Source: an uncultured Acidimicrobiia bacterium
GTDB lineage: Bacteria > Actinomycetota > Acidimicrobiia > Spongiisociales > ZC4RG35
NCBI GenBank assembly: GCA_963761985.1
Contig: CAVXIT010000003.1
Location: 280,342-344,341, forward strand
Direction: 5' to 3'
Length of the DNA stretch: 64,000 nucleotides
Of the stretch, positions 49,421 to 59,833 are shown piece by piece (within the stretch, counting starts at the first letter, position 1; each line of letters starts with the position of its first letter). Position numbers and translations under genes: made by a program. Below the pieces are notes generated by a model that was not told where the DNA came from, made no database searches, and was given only the letters and a program-made list of their open reading frames with translations.

Positions 49421-50692
49421 ATGTCTGAGACGATTCGCGGGTCCCACTATCAGCTCACGACACTGCCCAACGGGTTGCGAGTCATAACCGAGGAGATGCC
49501 CTGGGTCCGCTCGGTCGCCGTCGGGTGCTGGGTCGACACCGGGTCGAGGGACGAGGTCGGACAGGAGGCAGGCGCGTCTCACTTTCTCGAACACCTCTTG
49601 TTCAAGGGCTCTGAGCGCTACTCGGCGAGAATGATCGCCGAGACATTCGACGCGATCGGTGCAGAGTCGAACGCTTTCACCTCCAAGGACAACACTTGTT
49701 TCTGGGCCAGGCTCCTCGATGCCGACCTCGTTACCGGTGTCGACTTGCTGGCCGAAATGCTCCAGCGTCCCGCTTTCCGTCCAAACGAGATCGACAGCGA
49801 ACGTCAGGTCGTTATCGAAGAAATCAACATGAACGACGACGACCCTTCCGACGTCGCTTTCGAAGAGTTCACGCAAGTGTTGTTTGCGGGGCACCCGCTC
49901 GAAGGTCCCGTATTAGGGACCCGCAACTCGATCAAAGCGATGACAGGCGACGACCTCTCCCGATATTGGGAGCGTCGCTATGGGTCAAGATCGACGGTCA
50001 TCGCGATGGCCGGATCGGTGCAGCATGATGCCGCGGTGGATCTCGTGAGCAAGCACTTTGGTGATTGGTCGGGCGAGAAGGTAAGTCACGAATTTGCCGA
50101 GCCGGTGATCGACCCACGGGTCCGGCTGGTGCGGCGGGACACCGAACAGGCTCATCTGGTGCTCGGCGGGCGCGGGCTCACCCGGGGCGACGAACGACGG
50201 TTCGCCCTCGACGTGCTCAACCACATCCTCGGCGGCGGAATGTCGTCGCGACTCTTTCTCAAGATCCGCGAGGAGAGAGGTTTGGCTTATTCGGTGTACT
50301 CCTTCCGGCTCGCGCATAGCGACACTGGCGGGTGGGGCGTCTATGTCGGGACCACTCCCGACTTCTCTGAGACGTGCATGCAACTGATCGAAGAAGAACT
50401 GGCCGCAGTCGTGGCCGAGGGCATCACCGCCGACGAGCTCGAACGCGCCAAGGGCTCGCTGAGAGGTGGACTGGCTCTGTCGACTGAGGATCCCAACAGC
50501 CGGATGGTTCGCCTCGGTCGCGACGAGCTCACCGGTGGCCCTCATCTGTCGATCGATGATCGAATCGCCCGGCTCGAGGACGTCGATCTCGAGGCAGTCA
50601 AGGAGGTCGCGGGTGTCGTTTACACCGGACCAAGAGTCATGGGGGCAGTAGGCCCGTTCGAGATGGGCGAACTCGACCGCTGGGTTCAATGA
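49421..50692 (+). CDS. M16 (pitrilysin) family peptidase
   Basis: HFLEHLLFKG, NAFTSK and GGGMSSRLF..IREERGLAYSVYS motifs. Confidence 0.95.
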   Translation: MSETIRGSHYQLTTLPNGLRVITEEMPWVRSVAVGCWVDTGSRDEVGQEAGASHFLEHLLFKGSERYSARMIAETFDAIGAESNAFTSKDNTCFWARLLDADLVTGVDLLAEMLQRPAFRPNEIDSERQVVIEEINMNDDDPSDVAFEEFTQVLFAGHPLEGPVLGTRNSIKAMTGDDLSRYWERRYGSRSTVIAMAGSVQHDAAVDLVSKHFGDWSGEKVSHEFAEPVIDPRVRLVRRDTEQAHLVLGGRGLTRGDERRFALDVLNHILGGGMSSRLFLKIREERGLAYSVYSFRLAHSDTGGWGVYVGTTPDFSETCMQLIEEELAAVVAEGITADELERAKGSLRGGLALSTEDPNSRMVRLGRDELTGGPHLSIDDRIARLEDVDLEAVKEVAGVVYTGPRVMGAVGPFEMGELDRWVQ

Positions 50693-50719
50693 GAGCCATT
50701 GATCTATGAGGGCCAAAGT

Positions 50720-51445
50720 TTGAAAGTCGGCGTTTCTGGTGCCGCCGGGAGGATGGGTCTCATCACATCCGAGGCGGTTGCGGCGTCGCAGGATCTCGAG
50801 CTGGGGGGACGCTTCGCGCCGGGTCATGGCGCCGACGACCCGGCCGCGCTGGCTGGCTGCGATGTCGTCGTGGAGTTCGGGCCAGCCACTTCCGCACTCG
50901 AGAACATTGCTCGTTGGCACTCCCAGGAGAGCGATGTAGTGGTCGGAAGTTCGGGATTCGATCGACGGCGGCTGGAGGAGCTGGCGGAAATGTGGGGCGA
51001 GGGGCCGGGCCATTGCCTGGTCGTTCCCAACTTCTCGTTGGGAGCTGCCTTGATGATGTGGCTAGCCGAGAAGGCCTCATCCTATTTCACGGCTGCCGAG
51101 TTGATCGAGCTGCATCACGATCGCAAGAACGACGCGCCCTCGGGCACCGCCCTCGCTACAGCCGAGCGAATGAAACCGAGCGGCCAGCGAGCGGTCGAAT
51201 CAAAGGAGTCGATCCCCGGAGCACGCGGCGCCGAGGTCGGCCAGGTTTGGATTCATTCCATCCGCCTTCCCGGCTTGCTCGCCCACCAGGAAGTTCTGCT
51301 GGGCAACCCCGGGGAGATGCTTTCGATCCGCCATGACCAGAGCGATCGCAGCGCTTTTGTGCCGGGCATCCTCCTCGCCATCCGGTCGGTGTCGACTCAA
51401 ACCGAGCCGGTGACTATCGGGCTGGAAGGACTGCTCGGGCTCTAG
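50720..51445 (+). CDS. dapB: 4-hydroxy-tetrahydrodipicolinate reductase
   Basis: GAAGRMG, PNFSLG, ELHHDRKNDAPSGTA and HSIRLPG motifs. Confidence 0.94.
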   Translation: MKVGVSGAAGRMGLITSEAVAASQDLELGGRFAPGHGADDPAALAGCDVVVEFGPATSALENIARWHSQESDVVVGSSGFDRRRLEELAEMWGEGPGHCLVVPNFSLGAALMMWLAEKASSYFTAAELIELHHDRKNDAPSGTALATAERMKPSGQRAVESKESIPGARGAEVGQVWIHSIRLPGLLAHQEVLLGNPGEMLSIRHDQSDRSAFVPGILLAIRSVSTQTEPVTIGLEGLLGL

Positions 51446-51948
51446 CGCTCGGAAATGGTTACCGAGCGGATGACGGCATCCTGGGTTGGCTTCTCGGACT
51501 TGGTGGGCAACGCGGCGATCGAGTCGACCGCCTCCATGCCCTCGGTGACTTCGCCGAAGATGGTGTAGGCGTGTGGTAGCCCGACCTTCTCCAGGCAGAT
51601 GAAGAACTGGGAGCCGTTGGTGTTTGGTCCGGCGTTGGCCATGGCCACGACTCCCCGGCTGTAGGTTCCCTGGCCTTCGAGCTCATCGCGAAACTCATAG
51701 CCAGGGCCGCCACGACCAGTGCCGGTGGGGTCGCCCCCCTGGATCACGAACCCGGGCACGACCCGGTGAAAGATGACGCCGTCGTAATAGCCCTCGCGCG
51801 CGAGGAAAACGAAATTGTTCACGGCTTGAGGTGATCGTTCGGGATCGAGGTCGATCGTGATCTCTCCATGCGTCGTGTCGAGGGTTGCGCTGTATTTGGT
51901 TGCCAGGTCGATCGTGAGGTCCGGGGCGGTCTTGTATTGCTTTGCCAT
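51442..51948 (-). CDS. Cyclophilin-type peptidyl-prolyl isomerase
   Basis: FHRVVPGFVIQGGDPTGTGRGGPGY and MANAGPNTNGSQFF motifs. Confidence 0.95.
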   Translation of the reverse strand: MAKQYKTAPDLTIDLATKYSATLDTTHGEITIDLDPERSPQAVNNFVFLAREGYYDGVIFHRVVPGFVIQGGDPTGTGRGGPGYEFRDELEGQGTYSRGVVAMANAGPNTNGSQFFICLEKVGLPHAYTIFGEVTEGMEAVDSIAALPTKSEKPTQDAVIRSVTISER

Positions 51949-52172
51949 CACCTCACCTTAAAAGCGAACCCTGGGTTCGTAGCCGCCCCGTGCGCGGATA
52001 CCAGCCCAGTGAACGCGGCAGTTGAACAAAACCTGGAGAGACGTCGTCCAACCTCCAAATGAGGGTCGCTTGTGACTCCATCGCCTGTACTACGGATGCC
52101 GGCTTTGCTGGTTTGTTGAAATTAGGACGACCCGAAAGGGCCGATTGTTCATTTCCCGTCTAGAGCATTCGT

Positions 52173-52922
52173 TTAGAACAATGCCGAGGCCAACCGACGC
52201 CGATATTCAAGGGTTAGCGGATGCTCGGGGCCCAAGAGATCGAAGAGGTCGATCATGGTGAGACGAGCGGAGTCTTGGTCCTCCCCGCGGGCCTCGACCG
52301 TGGCCAGAAGGCGGGGGAGTGACGCCTCGGGGTCGGCCACGTCGGCCTCTCCGTTCGCCAGCAAGCGGGCGGCGGCCATCATTTGGCGCACCTCGGCGGT
52401 CGGCGCTTGCCGTTCGAGGATCGCGAGCGCCTCGCTGGTCTCCTTGTCCTCGATAAGCAAACCGGCCAGAGTGAGGGCCGCTTCCTGATTCGTCGGCTCG
52501 ACGTCGAGGATTTCGATGAGCCGGGCTTTAGCGGCATCGATGTTGCCGGCATCGATCATCGACTCGACCTCGACAACGCGCTCGTCGGCTTTGGCTGGCA
52601 TCAAGCGGGAAATGAACTCGCGTACCTGAATCTCGGGCACCGCTCCGGTGAACGTGTCGACCGGACGTCCGTCCTTGAACGCGATGACAGTAGGAATGCT
52701 TTGCACCCCGAATGCCTGCGACACCCGCTGGTTCTGGTCGACGTCGATCTTGGCCAGCGTGAACCCACTGTCCGGCTCGTTGGCGATTCGTTCGAGGATG
52801 GGTCCGAGGGTCTTGCAGGGCTCGCACCAGCCGGCCCAGAAATCGACCACCACCGGCTCAGTCTTCGAGGCTTCCAAGACTTTGGTCTGGAAGTCTGCCT
52901 CGGTGACTTCGATCACGCTCAT
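52173..52922 (-). CDS. Thioredoxin-TPR co-chaperone (YbbN/CnoX-like)
   Basis: VDFWAGWCEPC, QSIPTV, TPR helices and terminal YRRRLASALF. Confidence 0.92.
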   Translation of the reverse strand: MSVIEVTEADFQTKVLEASKTEPVVVDFWAGWCEPCKTLGPILERIANEPDSGFTLAKIDVDQNQRVSQAFGVQSIPTVIAFKDGRPVDTFTGAVPEIQVREFISRLMPAKADERVVEVESMIDAGNIDAAKARLIEILDVEPTNQEAALTLAGLLIEDKETSEALAILERQAPTAEVRQMMAAARLLANGEADVADPEASLPRLLATVEARGEDQDSARLTMIDLFDLLGPEHPLTLEYRRRLASALF

Positions 52923-52975
52923 GGGGTGAGGGTAGTTCGCTAGGTAAGCTCTGATTGACCTACTACGGAGATGCG

Positions 52976-53848
52976 ATGGCCGCCTTTGGCCGGGTTCTAA
53001 CAGCCATGATCACTCCGTTTCGCGAGGACGGAGAGGTAGACCACGAACGCACTTGGAACCTCGCGCGCTTTTTGGCCAGCAATGGCTCAAATGGTCTGGT
53101 GATCACCGGCACGACGGGCGAGTCGCCGACGTTGGCAGAGAACGAGAAAGTCGCTCTTTATCGCACGGTGGTCGAGGCTGTCGCTGGAAAAAACGTCAAG
53201 GTGGTTGCCGGCACCGGCACCTACAACACGGCCGAGTCGGTGCATCTCAGCAGACGAGCCGCCGAAGCCGGGTGCGACGGCATTCTGGCGGTGACTCCGT
53301 ACTACAACCGCCCCAGTCAGGAGGGGCTCCTCGCCCACTTCCGAGCGATCGCCGACGCCACCGACCTGCCGGTGCTGCTGTACAACATCCCCGGCCGCAC
53401 CGCGCGTCTGATCGAGATCGAGACGTTGCAGAAGCTCGCCGCGCACCCCCGGATCGTGGCCGTCAAGGATGCGGTGATGGACATCGACTTCACGTCGCGC
53501 ACCTGCGCCGAAGTGCCCGATCTCGAGGTGTACTCCGGTCAAGACACCTACACCTGGCCCATGATGGCCGTGGGCGCGGTCGGGGTCGTTTCGGTGATCT
53601 CCCATCTTGCTGGAGAAGCCGTAGCAGCGATGGTCGCAGCCGCCGCCCAGGGTGAATTCGAGCGAGCCCGCGACCTGCACCAACGATTGCTGCCGCTCGG
53701 ACTCGCCTGCTTTCTCGAACCCAACCCGGGGCCGGTCAAGGCCGCCCTCAACTCGATCTGGGAACCGGTAGGTCTTCCTCGTCTGCCATTGGTGGCAGCT
53801 TCGGACGCAACCGTGACCGCGATCAAAGAGGCATTGACTCTCCTGTGA
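52976..53848 (+). CDS. dapA: 4-hydroxy-tetrahydrodipicolinate synthase
   Basis: TAMITPF, GTTGESPTL, TPYYNRP, YNIPGRT and AVKDA motifs. Confidence 0.96.
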   Translation: MAAFGRVLTAMITPFREDGEVDHERTWNLARFLASNGSNGLVITGTTGESPTLAENEKVALYRTVVEAVAGKNVKVVAGTGTYNTAESVHLSRRAAEAGCDGILAVTPYYNRPSQEGLLAHFRAIADATDLPVLLYNIPGRTARLIEIETLQKLAAHPRIVAVKDAVMDIDFTSRTCAEVPDLEVYSGQDTYTWPMMAVGAVGVVSVISHLAGEAVAAMVAAAAQGEFERARDLHQRLLPLGLACFLEPNPGPVKAALNSIWEPVGLPRLPLVAASDATVTAIKEALTLL

Positions 53849-53874
53849 CGGCCAGCCTTTGTGACGGCCAAATC

Positions 53875-55509
53875 GTGACAGTCAGTGTCACATTTCTCGG
53901 CGGGCTGGGTGACATCGGCCGGAATTCCGCCGCGATTGAAATTGACGGCAAACTGCTTCTCATCGATTGCGGGCTCATGTTTCCCGAGGAGGAGATGCTC
54001 GGGGTCGACCTCGTTTTCCCCGATTGGAGCTGGCTGGCGGAACGATCCTCCGATGTGACCGCGGTCGTTTTGACTCACGGCCACGAAGACCACATCGGTG
54101 CCCTTCCCTATTTCCTCCGCGAGATCAACGTCCCGGTTTATGGCACAGCCATGACCCTCGGTCTCGCCCAGGGACGTATCGAGGAGTTGGGGGTTGAAGC
54201 CGACTTGCGAACTATCGAAGTCGGGGACCCCACCAGCATTGGCCCGTTCCGCTTCGCCCTGGTCGCGGTTGCCCATTCAGTTCCCGATGCCTCGGCGGTC
54301 GCGCTCTCGACCCCGGAGGGGACCATTCTCCACACTGGCGATTTCAAGCTAGATCCGACACCGATCGATGGTCGGGCCACCGATCTCTCGACAATGGCCA
54401 TGTTGGGGCGGTCGGGAGTCCGGCTCATGCTTTCGGACTCGACCAATGCCGAACGCTCAGGCTTTGTTCCCTCGGAACGCACCCTGGCCGACCCGATTCG
54501 CGACATTCTTGGCGATGCGCCGGGCCGGGTCATTGCCGCCTGCTTCTCCTCGCACATCCATCGGATCCAACAGATAATCGACGCGGCAGTAGCGACCGAC
54601 CGCCAGGTGGCAATTTTTGGCCGGTCATTGCAACGAAACACCGCGGTGGCCGAGAGCCTCGGCCGTCTGAGCCTGCCCGCCGGAGTGGTGATCGATATAA
54701 CTGACCTGCTCAAGCTGCCCCCGAAAAAGCAGCTCTTGATCACCACGGGCAGCCAGGGCGAGCCCTTTGCGGCGCTGTCGCTGATGGCACAGGGAAGGCA
54801 CAAGTACGTCGAGGTGGCAGAGGGCGACACCATCCTTCTGTCGGCCACACCGATCCCGGGCAATGAGACCGCGGTGTCCCGTGTGATCAACCAACTATTG
54901 CGGCGAGGGTCGAAAGTCGTCCACGGCAGGAATGCAGAGGTGCATGTCTCGGGCCATGGCAACCGCGATGAGCTGCTCACATTGATGCACGTGGTCAAGC
55001 CGCAAGCCTTTGTCCCGATCCACGGCGAGTATCGACACCTGGCCGCCCACGCGGAGCTCGCCCGACTCGCTGGCATTCCCGCGGTAGAGATATGTGAGGA
55101 CGGCGATCGGGTTGTTCTCGACGGCGCCGAAACCAGGGTGGAGCGGCGAGCTGTGCCCGCCGGGTACGTATACCTGGATGGCGACGGGATAGGCGAGGTG
55201 CAGGGTGTCTTGCGTGATCGCGGCCACCTGGCCGACGAGGGTGTGGTCGTGGTCACCCTGGCCGTCTCGCCCAACAATCGGGAGCTGGTGTACGGGCCTG
55301 AATTTCACAGCCACGGCGTCATGGACGATCCCGAGCCAGTGCTGGAAAAGGCCGGGCAGGCCGTGCGCCAAGCAATCGACGATCGCCTGGCCAATGGTGA
55401 GAGCGATATGTCGGTCTTGCAATTGGCCGTTCGGCAGTCGACCGCTCGCGTGATCAAAGGTGAGACCGGTCGACGACCGGTGATAGTGCCGGTCGTTTTG
55501 GAGCTCTAG
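53875..55509 (+). CDS. rnj: Ribonuclease J
   Basis: LGGLGDIGRN, THGHEDHIG, HTGDFKLD, TGSQGEP and HVSGH motifs. Confidence 0.96.
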   Translation: MTVSVTFLGGLGDIGRNSAAIEIDGKLLLIDCGLMFPEEEMLGVDLVFPDWSWLAERSSDVTAVVLTHGHEDHIGALPYFLREINVPVYGTAMTLGLAQGRIEELGVEADLRTIEVGDPTSIGPFRFALVAVAHSVPDASAVALSTPEGTILHTGDFKLDPTPIDGRATDLSTMAMLGRSGVRLMLSDSTNAERSGFVPSERTLADPIRDILGDAPGRVIAACFSSHIHRIQQIIDAAVATDRQVAIFGRSLQRNTAVAESLGRLSLPAGVVIDITDLLKLPPKKQLLITTGSQGEPFAALSLMAQGRHKYVEVAEGDTILLSATPIPGNETAVSRVINQLLRRGSKVVHGRNAEVHVSGHGNRDELLTLMHVVKPQAFVPIHGEYRHLAAHAELARLAGIPAVEICEDGDRVVLDGAETRVERRAVPAGYVYLDGDGIGEVQGVLRDRGHLADEGVVVVTLAVSPNNRELVYGPEFHSHGVMDDPEPVLEKAGQAVRQAIDDRLANGESDMSVLQLAVRQSTARVIKGETGRRPVIVPVVLEL

Positions 55510-55551
55510 TTCCCAAACGAAGTCGCGCCAGCCGTTAGGCTCACGAACCAC

Positions 55552-57795
55552 ATGACCAAACGGACGCCCACCCGTCGGGGTGGCAGCGGGCGGAAGCGGG
55601 TGTCCCCAAATAGATCAAACGGGAAAGCGACGGAATCGATCCGTGCCCGGCTGGCGGGTTTTCGGATTCGAGTTCGCGAGAGACTCGGTCGTCAGGCTGA
55701 CGACGTCTGGGGAATGCTCCTCGTGGTTCTCTCGATCATCATCGTGCTCGGGTTTCTCGATCTGGCAGGTCCGGTTGGTGGGGGAGTAGCCAACGGACTG
55801 CACTACCTCTTCGGACTTTGGCGTTTCCTGGTTCCCGCGGTGATGGCCGCCATCGGGGTAGCCCTGATCGCTGGTCGGCCCCGCCAGGGCGTCGGTCGAG
55901 CCGTGGTCGGCGCGGTGACCATTTTCTTCTCCTCGCTCGCGTTGTTTCATTTGTTCACAGGAGGGCCATCGCTCTTCCCCGATGTTGAAGCCGTGAAGGG
56001 GCGTGGCGGGGCGATCGGAGCCCTGATCGCCTACCCCCTGCGACGGCTGGTCGGCTCGTGGGGGGCGTTCGTCATGCTCGCCTCGGTCATGGGAATCGGC
56101 GTGCTCCTCATCACTCGCACGACGGTCAAGGAAGTGGCTGCCGACGTCGCCGCCTACGCACGAAGTTTCCGCAGGTCACGGCCCCAGCCGCTCGCACGCA
56201 AGCCAATTGCCCGTAAGCCAATCGAACAGACCGCCCCGTCGAAGTCTCAGACCGGGGTTTCCGAGCCGGCTCCGGGCAAGAAACCCAAGCAAAAACAGGC
56301 CGTGAAGACCAAACCGATGGCGACTCAGGCCTCTCGGCGTAGTGGTTACCAGCTGCCGCCCCTCGATCTGCTCAAGTCGGGTGGAGGAGGTGAGCAGAGC
56401 CGCAAGGAGCTGGAGGCAACCGCGTCCGAGCTCGAGGAGACGCTGCGTCAGCACGGGGTCGATGCCCAGTTGACGAAGATCGTGCCGGGACCGACCGTAA
56501 CCCGCTTTGAGATCGAGCTGGCGCCGGGAGTAAAGGTCAACCGGGTCTCGAGCCTTTCCCACGACATCGCCTACGCGCTCGCCACCCCGGATGTTCGGCT
56601 TCTGGTTCCCATCCCCGGGAAGTCGGCGATCGGCGTCGAGGTTCCGAACCGCAAGCGCCGCCTGGTCACGCTCGGCGACGTTCTCCGAAGCAGCGAAGCA
56701 GAAACAGCGACCCATCCGCTTGCTGTCGGACTCGGCGTCGACATCTCCGGGCGGGCCCGGATGCTCAACCTCTCCGAGCTGCCCCACGTATTGATCGCCG
56801 GCGCCACCGGAGCGGGCAAGTCATCTTGCATCAACTCAATCGTGAGCTCTTTGCTCATGCGCACCACCCCTGACGATGTGCGTTTGATAATGGTCGACCC
56901 CAAGCGGGTTGAACTCGGGCAATACAACGGCGTTCCTCACCTCCTGACCCGGGTCATCACCAACCCCAAGAAGGCAGCCGAGGCTCTGAAATGGGCCGTG
57001 GCGGAGATGGATCGGCGCTACGACCTGCTGGCCGATGCCAAGGTGCGCGACATCGATGGATACCGGCTAAAGATGGACGCCGGGCTATTGCCACCCGAAG
57101 GCTTCGACCGTTTCCCCTATCTGGTCGTGATCGTCGACGAGCTCAACGATCTGATGATGGTGGCTGGACGAGAAGTCGAAGAGGCAATCGTCCGCATTGC
57201 CCAAATGGCGCGGGCAGTTGGCATCCACCTAGTCATCGCCACCCAACGTCCCTCCGTCGACGTCATCACCGGCGTGATCAAGGCCAATATCCCCTCGCGT
57301 CTCGCCTTCTCGGTGGCTTCACAAACCGATAGCCGCGTGATAATCGACGGCGCCGGAGCCGACAAGTTGATCGGCATGGGCGACATGCTGGTGGCCACCG
57401 CCGCAGAGCCTCGACCCACGCGATACCAGGGCGCCTGGGTCAGCGAGGAAGAAGTTCACTCCATCGTCGAATGGTGCAAGGAACAGCGCGAGGCCGAGTA
57501 CCAGGAGTCCGTGACGGAGCGCAGCGCCGAGGCTGCACAAGTTGCGGAGGAGGTCGACGACGAAGAAGAGATGCTCATTCGGCAGGCGATGGACCTGATC
57601 GTCCGGAGCCAGCTCGGCAGCACCTCGATGCTGCAACGCAAACTGCGGATTGGATTCGCCCGGGCCGGGAGAGTGATGGACATGCTCGAACAACGCGGCA
57701 TTGTCGGACCATCGGAGGGATCAAAAGCGCGCGAAGTTCTGATGACCACCGAGGAGCTCGAAGACCTTTACGAGCGCGAAAACGTCTCCGTTTAA
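55552..57795 (+). CDS. ftsK: DNA translocase FtsK
   Basis: N-terminal TM helices, PHVLIAGATGAGKS, IVDELNDLMM, ATQRPSVDV and gamma domain STSMLQRKLRIGFARA. Confidence 0.96.
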   Translation: MTKRTPTRRGGSGRKRVSPNRSNGKATESIRARLAGFRIRVRERLGRQADDVWGMLLVVLSIIIVLGFLDLAGPVGGGVANGLHYLFGLWRFLVPAVMAAIGVALIAGRPRQGVGRAVVGAVTIFFSSLALFHLFTGGPSLFPDVEAVKGRGGAIGALIAYPLRRLVGSWGAFVMLASVMGIGVLLITRTTVKEVAADVAAYARSFRRSRPQPLARKPIARKPIEQTAPSKSQTGVSEPAPGKKPKQKQAVKTKPMATQASRRSGYQLPPLDLLKSGGGGEQSRKELEATASELEETLRQHGVDAQLTKIVPGPTVTRFEIELAPGVKVNRVSSLSHDIAYALATPDVRLLVPIPGKSAIGVEVPNRKRRLVTLGDVLRSSEAETATHPLAVGLGVDISGRARMLNLSELPHVLIAGATGAGKSSCINSIVSSLLMRTTPDDVRLIMVDPKRVELGQYNGVPHLLTRVITNPKKAAEALKWAVAEMDRRYDLLADAKVRDIDGYRLKMDAGLLPPEGFDRFPYLVVIVDELNDLMMVAGREVEEAIVRIAQMARAVGIHLVIATQRPSVDVITGVIKANIPSRLAFSVASQTDSRVIIDGAGADKLIGMGDMLVATAAEPRPTRYQGAWVSEEEVHSIVEWCKEQREAEYQESVTERSAEAAQVAEEVDDEEEMLIRQAMDLIVRSQLGSTSMLQRKLRIGFARAGRVMDMLEQRGIVGPSEGSKAREVLMTTEELEDLYERENVSV

Positions 57796-57830
57796 CAACC
57801 CGATCTAATCGCTACGCTCGGGTCTCGCGC

Positions 57831-58859
57831 ATGTTGGCCGTCCTCACCCCTTCCGGAGATCTTGTTGCGCCTTCGCCGTTGGAGCCAGAGCTTGTTCGGC
57901 GTCTCTACCGGGCGATGGTTTTCGCCCGAACTTACGATCGCAAAGGAGTCGCTCTTCAGAAGCAAGGACGGCTTGCGACCTACGCCCCCTTTGAAGGACA
58001 GGAGGCGGCCCAGGTAGGGAGCGCGGCCGCGCTCGACCCCGAAGACTGGATGGTTGCGACTTATCGCGACGCCGCGGCGATGTGGATGCAGGGCTATCCC
58101 CTCGAGCTGCTCTTGGCAGGACGAACCGGCGACGAAAGGGGAGGCTCACCCCCCGACCATGTCTCGGTGCTCCCGCCCTCGATCACGGTCGGGGGGCACA
58201 TGGTCCACGCGGTGGGGCTGGCGTGGGCCGCACGCCTTCTGGGCGAGCAAAGGATTGCGATCACCTACTTCGGCGACGGGGCCACCTCCGAGGGAGACTT
58301 TCACGAGGCGATGAACTTTGCCGCGGTCTTCAACACACCGTGTGTCTTCTTCTGTCAGAACAACGGCTGGGCCATTTCATTGCCACGCGAAGAGCAGACG
58401 AAATCCGAGACCATTGCCCAGAAAGCCATCGCTTACGGAATGCCGGGGGTGCAAGTCGATGGAAACGATCTCCTGGCGGTCTATGCGTCGACGCTCGAGG
58501 CGGTGACCCGAGCCCGCAATGGCGAGGGCCCGACCCTCATCGAAGCGGTCACCTACCGAATCGGCCCCCACACCACGGCCGACGACCCCAACCGGTATCG
58601 GGACGGGAGCATGACCGAAGACTGGCGACGACGGGATCCGCTCGAGCGAGTGCGCCTCTACCTCTCCGAGCGCGAGCTTTGGACCGCGGACTGGCAGCAA
58701 GAGGTCGAGCGAGAAGCGGGAGCCGAGATCGACCGGGCCGTGGAACTGGCCGAAGAAATGAAGCCATTAGCGGCAGGAGATATCTTCGCCGCTATGTACG
58801 AAGAGCTTCCCGCTCATCTGCGGGCCCAACAAATCGAGAACACGACAGGTTGGGAATGA
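57831..58859 (+). CDS. pdhA: Pyruvate/branched-chain 2-oxoacid dehydrogenase E1 alpha
   Basis: GQEAAQVG, TPP motif GDGATSEG...NN and HTTADDP. Confidence 0.92.
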   Translation: MLAVLTPSGDLVAPSPLEPELVRRLYRAMVFARTYDRKGVALQKQGRLATYAPFEGQEAAQVGSAAALDPEDWMVATYRDAAAMWMQGYPLELLLAGRTGDERGGSPPDHVSVLPPSITVGGHMVHAVGLAWAARLLGEQRIAITYFGDGATSEGDFHEAMNFAAVFNTPCVFFCQNNGWAISLPREEQTKSETIAQKAIAYGMPGVQVDGNDLLAVYASTLEAVTRARNGEGPTLIEAVTYRIGPHTTADDPNRYRDGSMTEDWRRRDPLERVRLYLSERELWTADWQQEVEREAGAEIDRAVELAEEMKPLAAGDIFAAMYEELPAHLRAQQIENTTGWE

Positions 58860-59833
58860 CAGATCGCAATATTGCCCAGGCCATCAACGATGCTCTCGAT
58901 CTCGCCCTCCAGAAAGAGGGGGCCGTGGTCGTCTTCGGTGAAGATGTCGGCCGCACCGGGGGGGTGTTTCGAGTCACCGACGGCCTCCGTGAGCGTTACG
59001 GCGCCGAGCGGGTGATCGACAGCCCGGTCGCTGAGTCGGCCATCGTGGGAGTCGGCTTCGGGATGGCAGTGGGTGGTTTGCGTCCGGTGCTGGAGTTGCA
59101 GTTCATGGGCTTTTCCTATCCGGCCTACGACCAGATCATCAATCATGTCGCCCGAATCAGAAATCGGTCGCGCCACCGTTTCACCGCGCCTTTGGTTATC
59201 CGAATTCCCTATGGCGGAGGCATCGGTGCAGCCGAACATCATTCAGAGTCCATGGAGGCGATCTACACCCACATCCCGGGTTTGAAGGTTGTCGTCCCAT
59301 CGACCCCCTACGACGCCAAAGGTCTACTCCTGGCAGCCATCGAGGATCCCGACCCCGTGATCTTCCTCGAGCCGATCCGCCTCTATCGCGCCGTCCGGGA
59401 GGACGTTCCCGACGAGTGGTACACAGTGCCGATCGGTGAGGCAAGCATCGAACGGGATGGAGACGACATCACCTTGATCACATGGGGTGCCATGACCAAG
59501 GAGACGCGTCAAGCCGCCGACCTGCTCGCCGGCGAGGACATCTCCGCCGAAGTGATCGATCTCAGATCCCTGGTGCCCCTCGATCTCGAAACTTTGGTGG
59601 AATCGGTCGAGCGGACTGGTCGTGCCGTCGTGATTCACGAGGCCCCGCGCACATCTGGCTTTGGGGCAGAAGTGGTAGCGGCGATCCAAGAGCAATGCCT
59701 TTTCTCCTTGGCCGCTCCCATCGCGCGGGTCACGGGCTGGGATACCGTGTTCCCCTTGAAGCGTTCCGAACATCACTACCTGCCGAGCGTGGCCCGCATC
59801 GCAGCGGCCGCACGTAGCACACTGGGGAACTGA
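58856..59833 (+). CDS. pdhB: Pyruvate/branched-chain 2-oxoacid dehydrogenase E1 beta
   Basis: GEDVGRTGGVFRVT, ELQFMGF and EHHSES motifs. Confidence 0.92.
   Translation: MTDRNIAQAINDALDLALQKEGAVVVFGEDVGRTGGVFRVTDGLRERYGAERVIDSPVAESAIVGVGFGMAVGGLRPVLELQFMGFSYPAYDQIINHVARIRNRSRHRFTAPLVIRIPYGGGIGAAEHHSESMEAIYTHIPGLKVVVPSTPYDAKGLLLAAIEDPDPVIFLEPIRLYRAVREDVPDEWYTVPIGEASIERDGDDITLITWGAMTKETRQAADLLAGEDISAEVIDLRSLVPLDLETLVESVERTGRAVVIHEAPRTSGFGAEVVAAIQEQCLFSLAAPIARVTGWDTVFPLKRSEHHYLPSVARIAAAARSTLGN

Noticed and set aside
51965-51979. LexA-like site CGAACCCTGGGTTCG
   Set aside because: The spacer is 5 nt instead of 4, and the downstream gene is not a typical SOS gene.
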